Source: a virus
Taxonomy: Duplodnaviria > Caudoviricetes
IMG/VR virus record: IMGVR_UViG_3300044850_000073
Coordinates: 1 to 62,010 of that record
Length of the DNA stretch: 62,010 nt
Reading direction: 5' to 3' (one strand)
Program-made: the position numbers and the translations under genes
In this document: in pieces, positions 18,041-28,092 of the stretch
How the letters are laid out: every line of letters begins with the position of its first letter
How positions within the stretch are numbered: the stretch's first letter is position 1
Notes under the pieces: model-generated
Seen by the model: the letters and a program-made list of their open reading frames with translations, nothing else
Databases searched by the model: none
What the model was told of the DNA's origin: nothing

Positions 18041-19639
18041 ATGCGTCTCCATTTGGTGGGAATATTCCATACGCAACACAAGGCATCCTTTAGTCACTGC
18101 GCGTTCACAGGCAAGGCGCTGCGCTTTCCTAAGATGATGCAGAAGTATGGGTATCATGTAATTGAGTACAGTAACGAAGGATCTGAAAGCACAGCAGACG
18201 AAAAGGTCGTAATATTGACAAATCAAGAATATGAAGACTTATACGGTAATCGGAAAAAATCCGATTTTTATGGCGATAATGCAACAATAGGAAGTGAAGG
18301 TCATAGATTGTTTGAAGGCAAATTGATTGGCGAAATGTCTTTGCGTGTCAAACCTGGGGATATTATATGTCATCCGTTCGGGCACGCACATCAGGCTCTG
18401 ATGTCAATCTTTCCAAACAACAGGCATGTTGAAACCGGCATTGGCTATCCGACATTGATGCCCGATAGCTTCAGGATCTTCGAGAGTTACGCCTGGATGC
18501 ACTACCATCAGGGCAAAGAAAATCGCAACGGGCGCAACTATGAATGGGTTGTTCCGAACTATTATGACCTGGATGACTGGGAGCCGAGCTACGAAACTGG
18601 AGAGTATTTGGCTTTCCTTGGGCGCATAACGCCTCTCAAGGGAATGGATACAATCAGGGCGATCGCTGATTACACAGAGTATCCAATCATTCTTCACGGG
18701 CAGGGTGACGCCTCACAATGGAATCACCCGATGATTGAATATCGCGGCCCGATTAGCGGAAGGAAGCGCAGCGAGTTCCTGAGAGGCGCCCGTGCGTTGC
18801 TGGCACCCACTGTATTCACTGAGCCATTCTGCGGGATGGCCGTAGAGGCCATGTTGTGCGGCACACCGGTAATCTCCGTAAACTACGGGGCTATGACCGA
18901 GACTATTGGGCCTGGTATGGGCTATCGCTGCCATACACTACAGGATTGGCTCGATGCAATCGACCTTGTTGGTAGGCTCGATCGCCGCTTTATTTCCGAG
19001 ACAGCACGAGCAGCCTACAGCCTGGAGTCATGCGGCGCCAAATACGACAGAATCTTCCGTAAGCTCGCAGACCTTGACAAGCGCGGATGGTACGAAGTGA
19101 ACCGAATCAACTTTTACGAGATTGAGACTGAAGAGGGTCCTTTTGCAGCTAGGCTGGCTGAATGGTTAGATGAAACATTTGAGCCAATGACTGCTTTGGA
19201 CATTGGGTGTGGCCCTGGTATTTATGTGAGTGCATTGCAGAATCAAGGCATTGCGGCAATCGGTATTGACATAGATCCACGAGTAAAAAACAAAAAAGGT
19301 ATATATCAAGAGTCATTGTTTGATACCACTAGACAATCGGAGCTTGTGCTGTGTTTGGAAGTGGCTGAGCACATTGAATATGACTTGTCTGATGATGTAG
19401 TGAAATCTATTGTAAATGCGATCAAATCGGATGGCATCCTAATTTGGTCAGCAGCAAAACCTGGACAAGGTGGAATTGATCATATTAACTGCCAACCGAA
19501 AGAGTTCTGGGAGGATAAGTTTTTAAGTCAAGGCCTGATCAGGTATGAATCACTAGAGGAGACGATGGTAAACCACATTAAGAATGGATACCATATGGGA
19601 TGGTTTATTCAAAATGCTATGATATTCAAAAAGCCTTGA
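18041..19639 (+). CDS. Glycosyltransferase (GT4-like) fused to class I SAM-dependent methyltransferase
   Basis: FLGRITPLKG and EPFCGMAVEAMLCGTPVI (EX7E); C-terminal ALDIGCGPG, CLEVAEHI, PGQGGIDHIN. Confidence 0.9.
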   Translation: MRLHLVGIFHTQHKASFSHCAFTGKALRFPKMMQKYGYHVIEYSNEGSESTADEKVVILTNQEYEDLYGNRKKSDFYGDNATIGSEGHRLFEGKLIGEMSLRVKPGDIICHPFGHAHQALMSIFPNNRHVETGIGYPTLMPDSFRIFESYAWMHYHQGKENRNGRNYEWVVPNYYDLDDWEPSYETGEYLAFLGRITPLKGMDTIRAIADYTEYPIILHGQGDASQWNHPMIEYRGPISGRKRSEFLRGARALLAPTVFTEPFCGMAVEAMLCGTPVISVNYGAMTETIGPGMGYRCHTLQDWLDAIDLVGRLDRRFISETARAAYSLESCGAKYDRIFRKLADLDKRGWYEVNRINFYEIETEEGPFAARLAEWLDETFEPMTALDIGCGPGIYVSALQNQGIAAIGIDIDPRVKNKKGIYQESLFDTTRQSELVLCLEVAEHIEYDLSDDVVKSIVNAIKSDGILIWSAAKPGQGGIDHINCQPKEFWEDKFLSQGLIRYESLEETMVNHIKNGYHMGWFIQNAMIFKKP

Positions 19640-19648
19640 ACTGATCTA

Positions 19649-19657
19649 GGAAACCTA
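19649..19657 (+). promoter_or_regulatory. Putative late promoter box GGAAACCTA
   Basis: Motif upstream of 19677. Confidence 0.75.
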
Positions 19658-19676
19658 GCAAGATGCTGGCGCCGCA

Positions 19677-22600
19677 GTGATCTTATCTTCTTCTGACATT
19701 TATTCTCTGCTGACCAGGGATCCTATTGTTAGCGCGATTGCTGCTGTTAGGATAGTGAAGGACAGACCCGCGCTGGAGGCGGGTAGTGGTGTTCACATTT
19801 ATATTCAAGAATATCCGAATGTCCAGGAATTTACGGCGACCTGGCCGATGTGGATCGTTGATTATGATGAAGAGCCACTGGATGTTGTTTTAAGTCAACT
19901 CAAAAAACTGGTACCAAATTTCCAGATAATAAAAAATGGTGCGTTAATACATGCAAGTACTACTGATCTTAAGATAGACAAAACAGAAGTTAAGCCTATA
20001 GAGAAGCAACCAGAAATATCGACTGCTGATATAGAAGCAAAATTCAAAGACCTACAGCAATCAATAGAAGACCGAATGCTGCTAGTGGGCCCCGGTCGCC
20101 CCGGCAGAGATGGTGCAAGAGGTATCCCTGGTAAGGATGGGCGCGATGGTGTCGATGGCAAGGATCTACAGGCCACTGATGTTGAACTCGGTGATCTAAA
20201 AGATGTCTTCGTTTCTGATGCCAAAAATCGTCAATTTTTAATGTATGACGGATCATCTTGGATCCCAAGTTTTGTACCGCAAATAATAAAAGCAGGAACA
20301 GGTGGTGGAAATGGTAGCAATATAGACGCCGACATGGTTCGGCAGATATGTGGTATTGACCAAACTGGCGAGCCGATGGGTCACGCCAATAAATTGGATA
20401 GCACGATTACGTTTAATAATATCACTAGAACTTTTACTATAGCTCCTGTAGCGTCAAGTTTTGATGTATGGGTCAGGGGAATTAAATTTACATATACGCA
20501 AGCGCAAAGTATACAGATTCCGGATGTATCTGACCTGTATTATATCTTTTTTGATTCTAATGGAGACATTGGCTATCAGACATCGTTCTTTGTTTGGGAT
20601 AGTCAGGCATTTACTTCTTACATTTACTGGAATGCATCTGAAGGGGTCGCAACATATTTTGGCGATGAGCGACATGGTATTGTTCTTGACTGGCAGACTC
20701 ACGAATACTTGCACAGAACACGCGGAGCATCGCTTGCTAGTGGTTTCGGCATCCAGAATTACACTGTAATTGGTGATGGATCACTTGATACCCATGCTCA
20801 GATTGATATTTTAAATGGCACTTTCTTTGACGAAGATCAGCAGATTGATATTACACATTCCGAAACTCCGACGCCTCAGACATGGGAGCAGCACTTGATT
20901 GGCCCAGCCAAAATACCTGCTTCATATCATACAAATAACGGATGGACTGTTAATACAGCCAATAATTTTCCAATTAAGACCGTTTCCGGTCAGCCTGTTT
21001 ATAACTTAAATACCTCTGGTTCGTGGAGTCTTGTCAATGTAGATGAGAATAAGTATTTCCATGTTTTTATTGTTGCTACGCATAATCTTGGAAATCCTGT
21101 TATTTCTGTATTAGGTCAACGGCAAGATACAAACATCGGCAATGCTCGTAGTTATACCTGGAGCGACCTAGATTTACAAGATTTCCCTTCACTTGAATTC
21201 AGGCCACTTTATCATCTGATTTATCAACATGGTGTGTATGGCAATAGCGTTAATGCTAGATTGCGAGAAGTTGTTGACATCAGATATTCCGCTATTGGTG
21301 CATTTGCATCAGGATTGGTTGGTGAAATTGGCGCGACTGGTGCTACTGGTGTCCAAGGTGACGTAGGCGCTACTGGTCCGAAAGGTGACACTGGTGACAT
21401 TGGAGCTACCGGCCCTCAAGGTGATGCATTTGACTTGAACTATCAAGGTGCATGGAATAGTGCAACCGCTTATGTCGCTTATCAAAGCGTGAGTTATGAT
21501 AACAGTATTTGGATATCTACCAGATCTACTACAAATGAACAACCTGGCACTAATGATGCATGGGTCACTATTGCAGCGCAAGGAGCACAGGGAGCAACTG
21601 GTCCGCAGGGCCCAATTGGCTTTGATGGTGCCACTGGTCCGCAAGGTGTTGGAGAGATTGGAGCAACTGGCGCTGTTGGTCCCGTTGGTGAACAGGGCCC
21701 CCAGGGACCGGCTGGTGCAGATGGACAAGACGGAACTCAGGGGCCTCCTGGTCCCAATATTACATTCCAAGGTTCTGTAGCTAATGTCGCCGATTTACCA
21801 TCTGGTGCCAATGTAAGTGATGCTTATACGGTTATCAACGAAGGATACGCTATTTTTATCTGGAACGGTTCCGCTTGGGTTGATGGCGGTCCTCTTCAAG
21901 GTCCGCAAGGAATACAAGGTCCCGCTGGCCCGCTGGGCCCGCAAGGCCCCGCTGGGGCTACTGGTGCCACAGGTGCTGCAGGCCCCCAAGGCAACGTTGG
22001 CCCCGCTGGAGGAAGCTTCCTGTCTGCCAGACTGTCTGCGACTATAAATTCAAGTGTGACAACATGCACTGTTGCCGCGACACAGGAGTGGCCATTAATA
22101 CCAGCTAACGTCGCTCAGTATCGGATATTAATAGATAATGAAATAATGAATGTCACAGCAACATCTGGGACATATGGCAGTCTGCAATTAACGATAACAA
22201 GAGCACAACTCGGAACTACTGCCGCTACTCATAATAAGAATGGTCTGGTATATCTTCGACAGATTATACCACTGCCTGGTGCAACCGGCATTCAGGGTGC
22301 AACCGGTGTGGGTGTTACCGGCGCTACTGGCCCTCAAGGCGCAACTGGTGCAGGCGTCACAGGCGCTACTGGCCCTCAAGGCGCCACTGGTGTTGGCCTG
22401 TCTACCGGCTTACAGGTACTGCTGGACGACATAAGTCCCGGTTTCGATAGTGCAGAAGTCTCATTTCCATTAACTTATGCAACCACAGCTATACAACCAG
22501 CAGAAGTTCAAAATCTTCTTGTTGTACTAGATGGCAATGTACTTGAACCCATCCAGGACTACACAGTTAGTGGTAGTACTATAACTTTTGCTATAGCACC

Positions 22601-23414
22601 AAGTGGAACATCCGAAGCATTCTTAATAGTCAATTCGTACAGACCAGCACCTGTCGGTATTAGTGACCTTGCTGATGTTTCAGCAAGTGGCTCTGCGATA
22701 CAAGGGCAAGCATTGGTCTGGAATGGCTTTGCGTGGGCTCCTGGGTCTGTAGCTGGTAGCGGTCAGCGTCGGATACTTGATACCCTGGTCTTTCCGCCTG
22801 GTGGCAATCCAAATCCTCCTTTTAACCTCATGATAGGCGGACAACTGTATACACCAGTAAGTGATTTGTACCTTGATGTATATAAAAACAAAGTAAAGCA
22901 AATACCTGGAATCGACTATACTGTTAATTCATATCAGATTATCTTTACTGATCCGATTTCTCCCTCGGAAATTGTGATCATTGCCACTGAAGCAGCTTCT
23001 GGGTCTGGTCTTGGCATGGATCCGGATAAAATAAGACGACACGACTATGTTGCACCATATAGTTACACGGGTACGGCAAACGAAGGAACATTAGAAAGTG
23101 ATCCAGACTGGGTGCTTACCCGTATACAAGTACTGGAGAATGGTGACGCGGTGAACTATTATGCAATTGGCAGTTGGACTAACAGGAGTAGTGCCGATTA
23201 TACCCTGCAGCCATTACTAGCACCACTACCAAAGGCAGCTAGAAGATTCTCGTTTGAAGGTAATTACAGTTATGCCGGTACCAATAATTATGGCAGTGAT
23301 CCAACTTTAGCAAACTGGCAACTAACCAGAATTGAAACATTAGCAAATGGTGAAGCTGTCACGCTCACGGCGACCGATAGTTGGTATAATAGGATTGCCG
23401 CCTCCTATAGCTAA
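19677..23414 (+). CDS. Collagen-like multidomain fibre protein 2
   Basis: Several Gly-X-Y tracts, two DYTV fibre-type repeats, duplicated ~57-aa C-terminal module. Confidence 0.85.
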   Translation: MILSSSDIYSLLTRDPIVSAIAAVRIVKDRPALEAGSGVHIYIQEYPNVQEFTATWPMWIVDYDEEPLDVVLSQLKKLVPNFQIIKNGALIHASTTDLKIDKTEVKPIEKQPEISTADIEAKFKDLQQSIEDRMLLVGPGRPGRDGARGIPGKDGRDGVDGKDLQATDVELGDLKDVFVSDAKNRQFLMYDGSSWIPSFVPQIIKAGTGGGNGSNIDADMVRQICGIDQTGEPMGHANKLDSTITFNNITRTFTIAPVASSFDVWVRGIKFTYTQAQSIQIPDVSDLYYIFFDSNGDIGYQTSFFVWDSQAFTSYIYWNASEGVATYFGDERHGIVLDWQTHEYLHRTRGASLASGFGIQNYTVIGDGSLDTHAQIDILNGTFFDEDQQIDITHSETPTPQTWEQHLIGPAKIPASYHTNNGWTVNTANNFPIKTVSGQPVYNLNTSGSWSLVNVDENKYFHVFIVATHNLGNPVISVLGQRQDTNIGNARSYTWSDLDLQDFPSLEFRPLYHLIYQHGVYGNSVNARLREVVDIRYSAIGAFASGLVGEIGATGATGVQGDVGATGPKGDTGDIGATGPQGDAFDLNYQGAWNSATAYVAYQSVSYDNSIWISTRSTTNEQPGTNDAWVTIAAQGAQGATGPQGPIGFDGATGPQGVGEIGATGAVGPVGEQGPQGPAGADGQDGTQGPPGPNITFQGSVANVADLPSGANVSDAYTVINEGYAIFIWNGSAWVDGGPLQGPQGIQGPAGPLGPQGPAGATGATGAAGPQGNVGPAGGSFLSARLSATINSSVTTCTVAATQEWPLIPANVAQYRILIDNEIMNVTATSGTYGSLQLTITRAQLGTTAATHNKNGLVYLRQIIPLPGATGIQGATGVGVTGATGPQGATGAGVTGATGPQGATGVGLSTGLQVLLDDISPGFDSAEVSFPLTYATTAIQPAEVQNLLVVLDGNVLEPIQDYTVSGSTITFAIAPSGTSEAFLIVNSYRPAPVGISDLADVSASGSAIQGQALVWNGFAWAPGSVAGSGQRRILDTLVFPPGGNPNPPFNLMIGGQLYTPVSDLYLDVYKNKVKQIPGIDYTVNSYQIIFTDPISPSEIVIIATEAASGSGLGMDPDKIRRHDYVAPYSYTGTANEGTLESDPDWVLTRIQVLENGDAVNYYAIGSWTNRSSADYTLQPLLAPLPKAARRFSFEGNYSYAGTNNYGSDPTLANWQLTRIETLANGEAVTLTATDSWYNRIAASYS

Positions 23415-23689
23415 TGTTTACCTTGCAGGACAAAGACGGGCAGCCAATCGAAGCCAGCATGCACTTATACAAAACGCCCACTGGTCATACTGTTAGGTTG
23501 CGTGTATTTGGTCAGCAATTGCCACCGATTATTCAAACATTAGAAGATGGTAGCACGCAAGAAATAGATGGCGGCAAGGAATCATTACTATTCCTTGGTG
23601 GCGGTGCCGAATTTGACGCGCTGGAACAAGCATTTGAAGCTGCTGTTGCTGACGCCTTAAATACATTGCTGGCTGTTAAAGGTATCTGA
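23414..23689 (+). CDS. Hypothetical protein in fibre operon
   Basis: Start/stop overlaps on both sides. Confidence 0.6.
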   Translation: MFTLQDKDGQPIEASMHLYKTPTGHTVRLRVFGQQLPPIIQTLEDGSTQEIDGGKESLLFLGGGAEFDALEQAFEAAVADALNTLLAVKGI

Positions 23690-25428
23690 TGGCTACTATT
23701 ACTTCCGTAAATAATACGACAGTTGGCTTAACTTATAACATCCATGATCCAGCGACATGGATTGGCGGTGTTGTGCCTGGGCCAGGTGATACGGTTGTAT
23801 TTCAATCTGCTACTGCTACAACTTGGTATTTAACGCAAAGTTGGACGATAGGTACAATTACATGGAGTGTAAGTCTAAATAGATCAGAATCAGGCATAGA
23901 GATCCCGAGCACACTGGCTAGCGATATTACCTTTACCCAGTTGTCTGGCAACTGGGTTGGGACCGGCCCGATGGTATCGACATCGTCAGAGCTACGAGCT
24001 AAGCCATTCTTGAAAGTATTAAATCCAGCCGGAACAACTGTAACCATAAATTTACCTGGGGCAGTTTATTATACTATGAGCGTCTCAAGTATGCCTGCCG
24101 TCACGGATACTAGCCTGATAACACTTAGCAGTGCAGGAAATTGCTATTTAAACATAAATGGCTACGTTGGCGGGTTTGTATGGGCTGACAATACTGCCGC
24201 TTTCCGCAACAGGACTACGATTAGAATACATGATATATCTGGATATACGGAAGTAAATTGCACTTATATAACCGCCGGTTATAGCAGCAGCAATGGAGGG
24301 AACGCGAACGGACAGGGATTTAGTGCTTTTTGGGTGACCGGTATACTTAGTGGCGGGGAGGCAAGAGTAAATGGCACGTATATACCAAACTCGACAGGCA
24401 CCTCCGCTGTAGCCGCTCAATGGGGTACAACTATACGTACCAATAACTCACTGCTAGGCAATGGAGTTACTTTTAACTTAAGTGACTACATTGGGTACAA
24501 TACTGCGTTGTCAGGCATTGGTAATATCTGGGCGGCACATACTTCTGGAACGCTTACCCTTATAGCTCCGCAAATAAACGCAGGCCAGGAATTGTGGACA
24601 CAAGGATACAATGATAACTGGGAAGGCTCTACCACTAAGCGCAGGGTCTATTATTGCAGTGCTGATAACGTCAACAGTGTCACGGTGTTTGATGCTGATA
24701 TATATGGGCCAAACAATACAAACAATACGCTTTCAAGTAATAATTACATGCTTGTAACTAATGGCGCTGTAACTCATAAAATTTACGGGAATATATATAC
24801 CTCAACTTTGAATCGTTATCAGGTCCCTTTTTACTATGATAGCGACTCGACATACTGGTATCACATGGAAGGAACTGCGTACAACTCTATATCTAGTGTG
24901 GTATGGAGCACCAGAGTTCAATACATTGGTTTTTATGGCGGCTTCTATCATGCCAATGTTGTTCAATCAAACGATCCAGTAAACCTTTATGCAGCAAATA
25001 GGGCGCCTTTCATTGTTCCACTGCTTGGCCCAAACCCTAACTATAGTGGCGGCAATCAATTGTCTTGGGTTTATATTAAAGGCCCGGATAATAGAGCTCA
25101 AACTACTACGATGATTAACGCAAACTATACTGGATTTACGCCAGCCCCAGCCGATGTACGCTCTGGTGTAGTGTATGGCAATGGCGCATTTACAGGCACT
25201 TGCGCTGTACCGCAACCGTTCCAAGTTGCTTTTGGCGTTCCTGTTGATGCAACAGTTGGAACATGGACTGGAGAGACTAATGTGCTAAGTACTAGTGCAA
25301 TTGCTGAGTCCGTATGGAATTACGACCTAAATGATATTACAAATACAACTAATGGCAGTGGTCAGCGTTTACTGAATAATGCTACCATTGAATCTACGGG
25401 TGCGCAAATTGCTGCATTAGGCGTGTAA
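23689..25428 (+). CDS. Putative receptor-binding / beta-rich structural protein
   Basis: 579 aa Asn/Thr/Gly/Tyr-rich; N-terminal DPATWIGGVVPGPGD; C-terminal PAPADVRSGVVYG. Confidence 0.6.
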   Translation: MATITSVNNTTVGLTYNIHDPATWIGGVVPGPGDTVVFQSATATTWYLTQSWTIGTITWSVSLNRSESGIEIPSTLASDITFTQLSGNWVGTGPMVSTSSELRAKPFLKVLNPAGTTVTINLPGAVYYTMSVSSMPAVTDTSLITLSSAGNCYLNINGYVGGFVWADNTAAFRNRTTIRIHDISGYTEVNCTYITAGYSSSNGGNANGQGFSAFWVTGILSGGEARVNGTYIPNSTGTSAVAAQWGTTIRTNNSLLGNGVTFNLSDYIGYNTALSGIGNIWAAHTSGTLTLIAPQINAGQELWTQGYNDNWEGSTTKRRVYYCSADNVNSVTVFDADIYGPNNTNNTLSSNNYMLVTNGAVTHKIYGNIYTSTLNRYQVPFYYDSDSTYWYHMEGTAYNSISSVVWSTRVQYIGFYGGFYHANVVQSNDPVNLYAANRAPFIVPLLGPNPNYSGGNQLSWVYIKGPDNRAQTTTMINANYTGFTPAPADVRSGVVYGNGAFTGTCAVPQPFQVAFGVPVDATVGTWTGETNVLSTSAIAESVWNYDLNDITNTTNGSGQRLLNNATIESTGAQIAALGV

Positions 25429-25432
25429 ATTA

Positions 25433-25441
25433 GGAATACTG
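25433..25441 (+). promoter_or_regulatory. Putative late promoter box GGAATACTG
   Basis: Motif upstream of 25508. Confidence 0.7.
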
Positions 25442-25507
25442 ATAGTGGAATCGCGCTACTACTCTACGGGGCGGATTCTATAAACCTAGCCAATTTGGAG
25501 ATTTAAA

Positions 25508-25858
25508 ATGGCTGCTCGTTCTACTGGTGTGTTTCCTCGGGAGAAATTCGATCTCGACAACGCCCTTGCCGTTACCGCTACCCCGACCGCTGCTGCTATC
25601 GATCTGAAGAGCATCCGCACCATTCGTGTGGTTGTGATTGGTGCTGCTGGCATCGACAACGCCGGCACTAACAAGATTACCGTCAATGTCGGCGGTGAGA
25701 CTGTGGTGTTCAATGCCAATGACCTGGATACCAACGGCGTGGGTATCGCCCACCTGCGCGGCTCCCTGTGTGATGCCAACAACAACGTTGACTATGATCT
25801 TGGCGGCACCGCCACTCTGGTGGGTTGCTACATTGATGCAGTCGAAAACGTCGGCTGA
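25508..25858 (+). CDS. Abundant small structural protein (probable capsid decoration / cement)
   Basis: GGAG RBS, capsid-like codon bias, own promoter and terminator, beta-rich. Confidence 0.6.
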   Translation: MAARSTGVFPREKFDLDNALAVTATPTAAAIDLKSIRTIRVVVIGAAGIDNAGTNKITVNVGGETVVFNANDLDTNGVGIAHLRGSLCDANNNVDYDLGGTATLVGCYIDAVENVG

Positions 25859-25880
25859 TCCAACTAGTCGGAATAATAAT

Positions 25881-25905
25881 GGGGTGACATCGTCGCCCCC
25901 TTTTT
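25881..25905 (+). terminator. Intrinsic terminator
   Basis: ggggtgac-atc-gtcgcccc plus T5. Confidence 0.85.
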
Positions 25906-25908
25906 ATT

Positions 25909-26262
25909 ATGTATTTAGATCAATCTCCCGTATATTTCACTAAAGACGGTCGTCGTAAAGCGGTATATCACACTGTCCTTGCCCGCGAACTTCTTGCAAC
26001 TGGTTGGCAGCAGGAAGGTGTAGCTGCGCCCGAAACACCTCCGCAACCCATTGTTCCCATTGTAGAAGAGGTTGCGCAACCTGAGGCTCCCGCAGAGGCT
26101 GCGGATGCCGAAGAGGAGCCCGAGCCAGGGGAGTATTTTGACCTCGATTCGATGACCAAAGTGCAACTCGTCAGTTTTGCTGAGGCTCATGACATAGAAT
26201 TTAAATCTTCTATGTCCAAAGCAGAATTATTGGAAATCTGCAAAGAGGTAGTCAGTGGTTGA
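25909..26262 (+). CDS. Hypothetical protein with C-terminal HeH / Rho-N-like domain
   Basis: LDSMTKVQLVSFAE..SMSKAELLE. Confidence 0.6.
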   Translation: MYLDQSPVYFTKDGRRKAVYHTVLARELLATGWQQEGVAAPETPPQPIVPIVEEVAQPEAPAEAADAEEEPEPGEYFDLDSMTKVQLVSFAEAHDIEFKSSMSKAELLEICKEVVSG

Positions 26263-26440
26263 GTTTGAATATGGAACAGGGCCCAGGATCCTTGAAGACG
26301 GGACTAATCTGGATGTTGATATTATCGCGGTTCATCCGCGAATTCAACGTCGCGGCATTGTTGATCCTGTCAGCGACGGTAGTCTGGGCTCTCCGGGGTA
26401 TCAGCCAGGACAGAAAAACCTTGATGGAACTGACTTATAA
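26255..26440 (+). CDS. Hypothetical protein
   Basis: 61 aa, overlaps upstream stop. Confidence 0.55.
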   Translation: MVEFEYGTGPRILEDGTNLDVDIIAVHPRIQRRGIVDPVSDGSLGSPGYQPGQKNLDGTDL

Positions 26441-26455
26441 ATTGCATAAAGTTCA

Positions 26456-26464
26456 GGAAACCTA
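26456..26464 (+). promoter_or_regulatory. Putative late promoter box GGAAACCTA
   Basis: Motif upstream of ATG 26483. Confidence 0.75.
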
Positions 26465-26482
26465 GTAAAACGATTTACTGCC

Positions 26483-26578
26483 ATGGCACTGCCACTGATT
26501 ATCGCCAAGCAGATTGGTGGCAAGAAGTCAACTAAAAAAGGCGGCAAATCAAAACCCAAGGGATCCGGTAAGCGCTAA
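26483..26578 (+). CDS. 31-aa Lys/Gly-rich microprotein (not in ORF track)
   Basis: MALPLIIAKQIGGKKSTKKGGKSKPKGSGKR; late box upstream; TAATG overlap with next gene. Confidence 0.7.
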   Translation: MALPLIIAKQIGGKKSTKKGGKSKPKGSGKR

Positions 26579-26874
26579 TGGCCGCCAAAAAACGCAGCAC
26601 TGCTGAATTCTATGCCAACAATCCGGAGGCATATAAAAAGAAGCTGGCCTACGACAAAAAGCTCAATGCCAGACCAGATCGAAAGAATTATCGCGCTGAA
26701 TTGGCGCGTGAACGCCGTGCTCGCGGGATCATGGGCAAAGGAGGGCCAGACGTCAGTCATACATCTGATGGCAAGTTCAAGCTAGAAAATCCTAAGACGA
26801 ATCGTGCCAGAAATGGGCATGGCGACAACAAACGCCTTGCTCCTGGTAAAGGTACTAAGAAGTCAAAACGCTAG
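26578..26874 (+). CDS. Basic protein with HNH-like remnant
   Basis: Lys/Arg-rich; DVSH...NRARNG pattern. Confidence 0.7.
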   Translation: MAAKKRSTAEFYANNPEAYKKKLAYDKKLNARPDRKNYRAELARERRARGIMGKGGPDVSHTSDGKFKLENPKTNRARNGHGDNKRLAPGKGTKKSKR

Positions 26875-26880
26875 TAGCTA

Positions 26881-27045
26881 ATGGCAAGGCGTCCTGGGCT
26901 ATATGAAAACATCCGTCGTAAGCGCGAACGGATTCAGGCGGGTAGCGATGAATACATGAGGAAGCCTGGCAGTAAGGGCGCTCCTTCTGCAGCAGACTTC
27001 CGCGATGCTGCAAAGACTGCTAAAAAGAAGAAAAAGGTAAACTAA
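26881..27045 (+). CDS. 54-aa basic microprotein (not in ORF track)
   Basis: MARRPGLYENIRRKRERIQAGSDEYMRKPGSKGAPSAADFRDAAKTAKKKKKVN. Confidence 0.75.
   Translation: MARRPGLYENIRRKRERIQAGSDEYMRKPGSKGAPSAADFRDAAKTAKKKKKVN
27036..27044 (+). promoter_or_regulatory. Putative late promoter box GGTAAACTA
   Basis: Motif upstream of 27071. Confidence 0.65.
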
Positions 27046-27070
27046 TATATTCGCTATTTGGAAATAGCTA

Positions 27071-27265
27071 ATGGCTGCCAAGAAAAAGTGGATTCAAGAT
27101 GCCATAAAGAATCCAGACGCTTTACGCGAAGCAATGGGAGCTAAGAAAGGTAAGAATATCCCAAAAGGTAAACTTGCAGAAGCAGCTAAAAAGAAAGGAG
27201 TCACGGGTCAACGTGCTCGCCTAGCCGAAACACTGATGTCTTTCAACAAAAAGAAAAAGAAATAA
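27071..27265 (+). CDS. 64-aa basic microprotein
   Basis: KKWIQDAIKNP.AL...GQRARLAETL; poly-Lys tail. Confidence 0.75.
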   Translation: MAAKKKWIQDAIKNPDALREAMGAKKGKNIPKGKLAEAAKKKGVTGQRARLAETLMSFNKKKKK

Positions 27266-27267
27266 CT

Positions 27268-27276
27268 GGCAAACTA
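27268..27276 (+). promoter_or_regulatory. Putative late promoter box GGCAAACTA
   Basis: Motif upstream of 27297. Confidence 0.75.
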
Positions 27277-27296
27277 ACCTAGAGTTAGATAGTCAG

Positions 27297-27485
27297 ATGG
27301 CTGAGATTATTGCTTTCATTGTAGCAAATGGCCCGGAGATTCTGGGCGTGTTGTTTGCTATCCACGCTGCCGCATTAGCAATTGTTAACTTGACCCCAAC
27401 GCCGAAGGATAACGAGGTTGTCGCTAAATATTATCGTATTTTAGAAATACTGGCTGGTGTCGTGACGCGACTGTCAAAGGATTAA
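27297..27485 (+). CDS. Putative holin
   Basis: Hydrophobic helix then LTPTPKD; upstream of endolysin. Confidence 0.7.
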   Translation: MAEIIAFIVANGPEILGVLFAIHAAALAIVNLTPTPKDNEVVAKYYRILEILAGVVTRLSKD

Positions 27486-27550
27486 GCCGATCCGATGAAC
27501 GTTGGCTGCTGCGTTTTTCGACGCGCAGCGAACGGGAGGAAGTTGAGCGT

Positions 27551-27778
27551 TTGATTGCAAAAGCTGCTTTTTATCGAACTCTTAGTTCGCGCATGGCGGT
27601 TGAAATCGCCAGAGTAAAAGCAGAAATGGAGGCGATGGAACTGCAGGAAAAGCCAGTAATAAAGGATCACCCTATTGACGGCAATCTACAAACAGGTGAG
27701 TCCAGGCTTCTTGGCGGTGGTCTTAGTATTCATGCGCCTTATAGGAAAACTGATACTATGGCAGATCCATGGCAATGA
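27551..27778 (+). CDS. Hypothetical lysis-cassette protein (possibly a -1 extension of the holin)
   Basis: Frame open from 27428 with no start codon before TTG 27551. Confidence 0.5.
   Translation: MIAKAAFYRTLSSRMAVEIARVKAEMEAMELQEKPVIKDHPIDGNLQTGESRLLGGGLSIHAPYRKTDTMADPWQ
27744..27752 (+). promoter_or_regulatory. Putative late promoter box GGAAAACTG
   Basis: Motif upstream of 27769/27775. Confidence 0.65.
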
Positions 27779-28056
27779 GCCCTCAAGAGTCACCGGTATC
27801 GCATGTGGAAATTTACCACAAACTGGGAACTCTTGAAGGTAAGCTGGATGCACTTATCACCAGGACGGCAGAATACAGAACAGATCTGCAGAATGCGTTT
27901 GATCGCTTAGCTGTAATTGAAAAGCGATTAGCTTGGGTAATGGGTGCTGCTGTCGTCATTAGTGCGCTAGTACCGATTTTAATTAATACTATTGGGAGTA
28001 ACTTTCACATGAAAATTGAGCAGCGCCCAGGAGACACTCAAGCGGAAGTAAGGTAA
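27769..28056 (+). CDS. Coiled-coil plus transmembrane protein (XhlA-like lysis accessory)
   Basis: LGTLEGKLD..RLAVIEKRLAWVMGAAVVI. Confidence 0.55.
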   Translation: MAMSPQESPVSHVEIYHKLGTLEGKLDALITRTAEYRTDLQNAFDRLAVIEKRLAWVMGAAVVISALVPILINTIGSNFHMKIEQRPGDTQAEVR

Positions 28057-28064
28057 TAATTTAA

Positions 28065-28073
28065 GGTACACTA
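28065..28073 (+). promoter_or_regulatory. Putative late promoter box GGTACACTA
   Basis: Motif upstream of endolysin. Confidence 0.75.
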
Positions 28074-28092
28074 AGCAGCATTAAATTACAAT

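Noticed and set aside
8205-18666. HIP1 (GCGATCGC) enrichment
   Set aside because: Only two copies noticed (about 8205 and 18659); no evident enrichment.
19655-19669. ctagc-AAGAT-gctgg as another GNGAY-type hairpin
   Set aside because: Loop starts with A and the 5' arm overlaps the promoter box, so it is probably not transcribed.
13523-25428. Diversity-generating retroelement acting on fibre genes
   Set aside because: No reverse transcriptase and no template/variable repeat pair differing at adenines seen.
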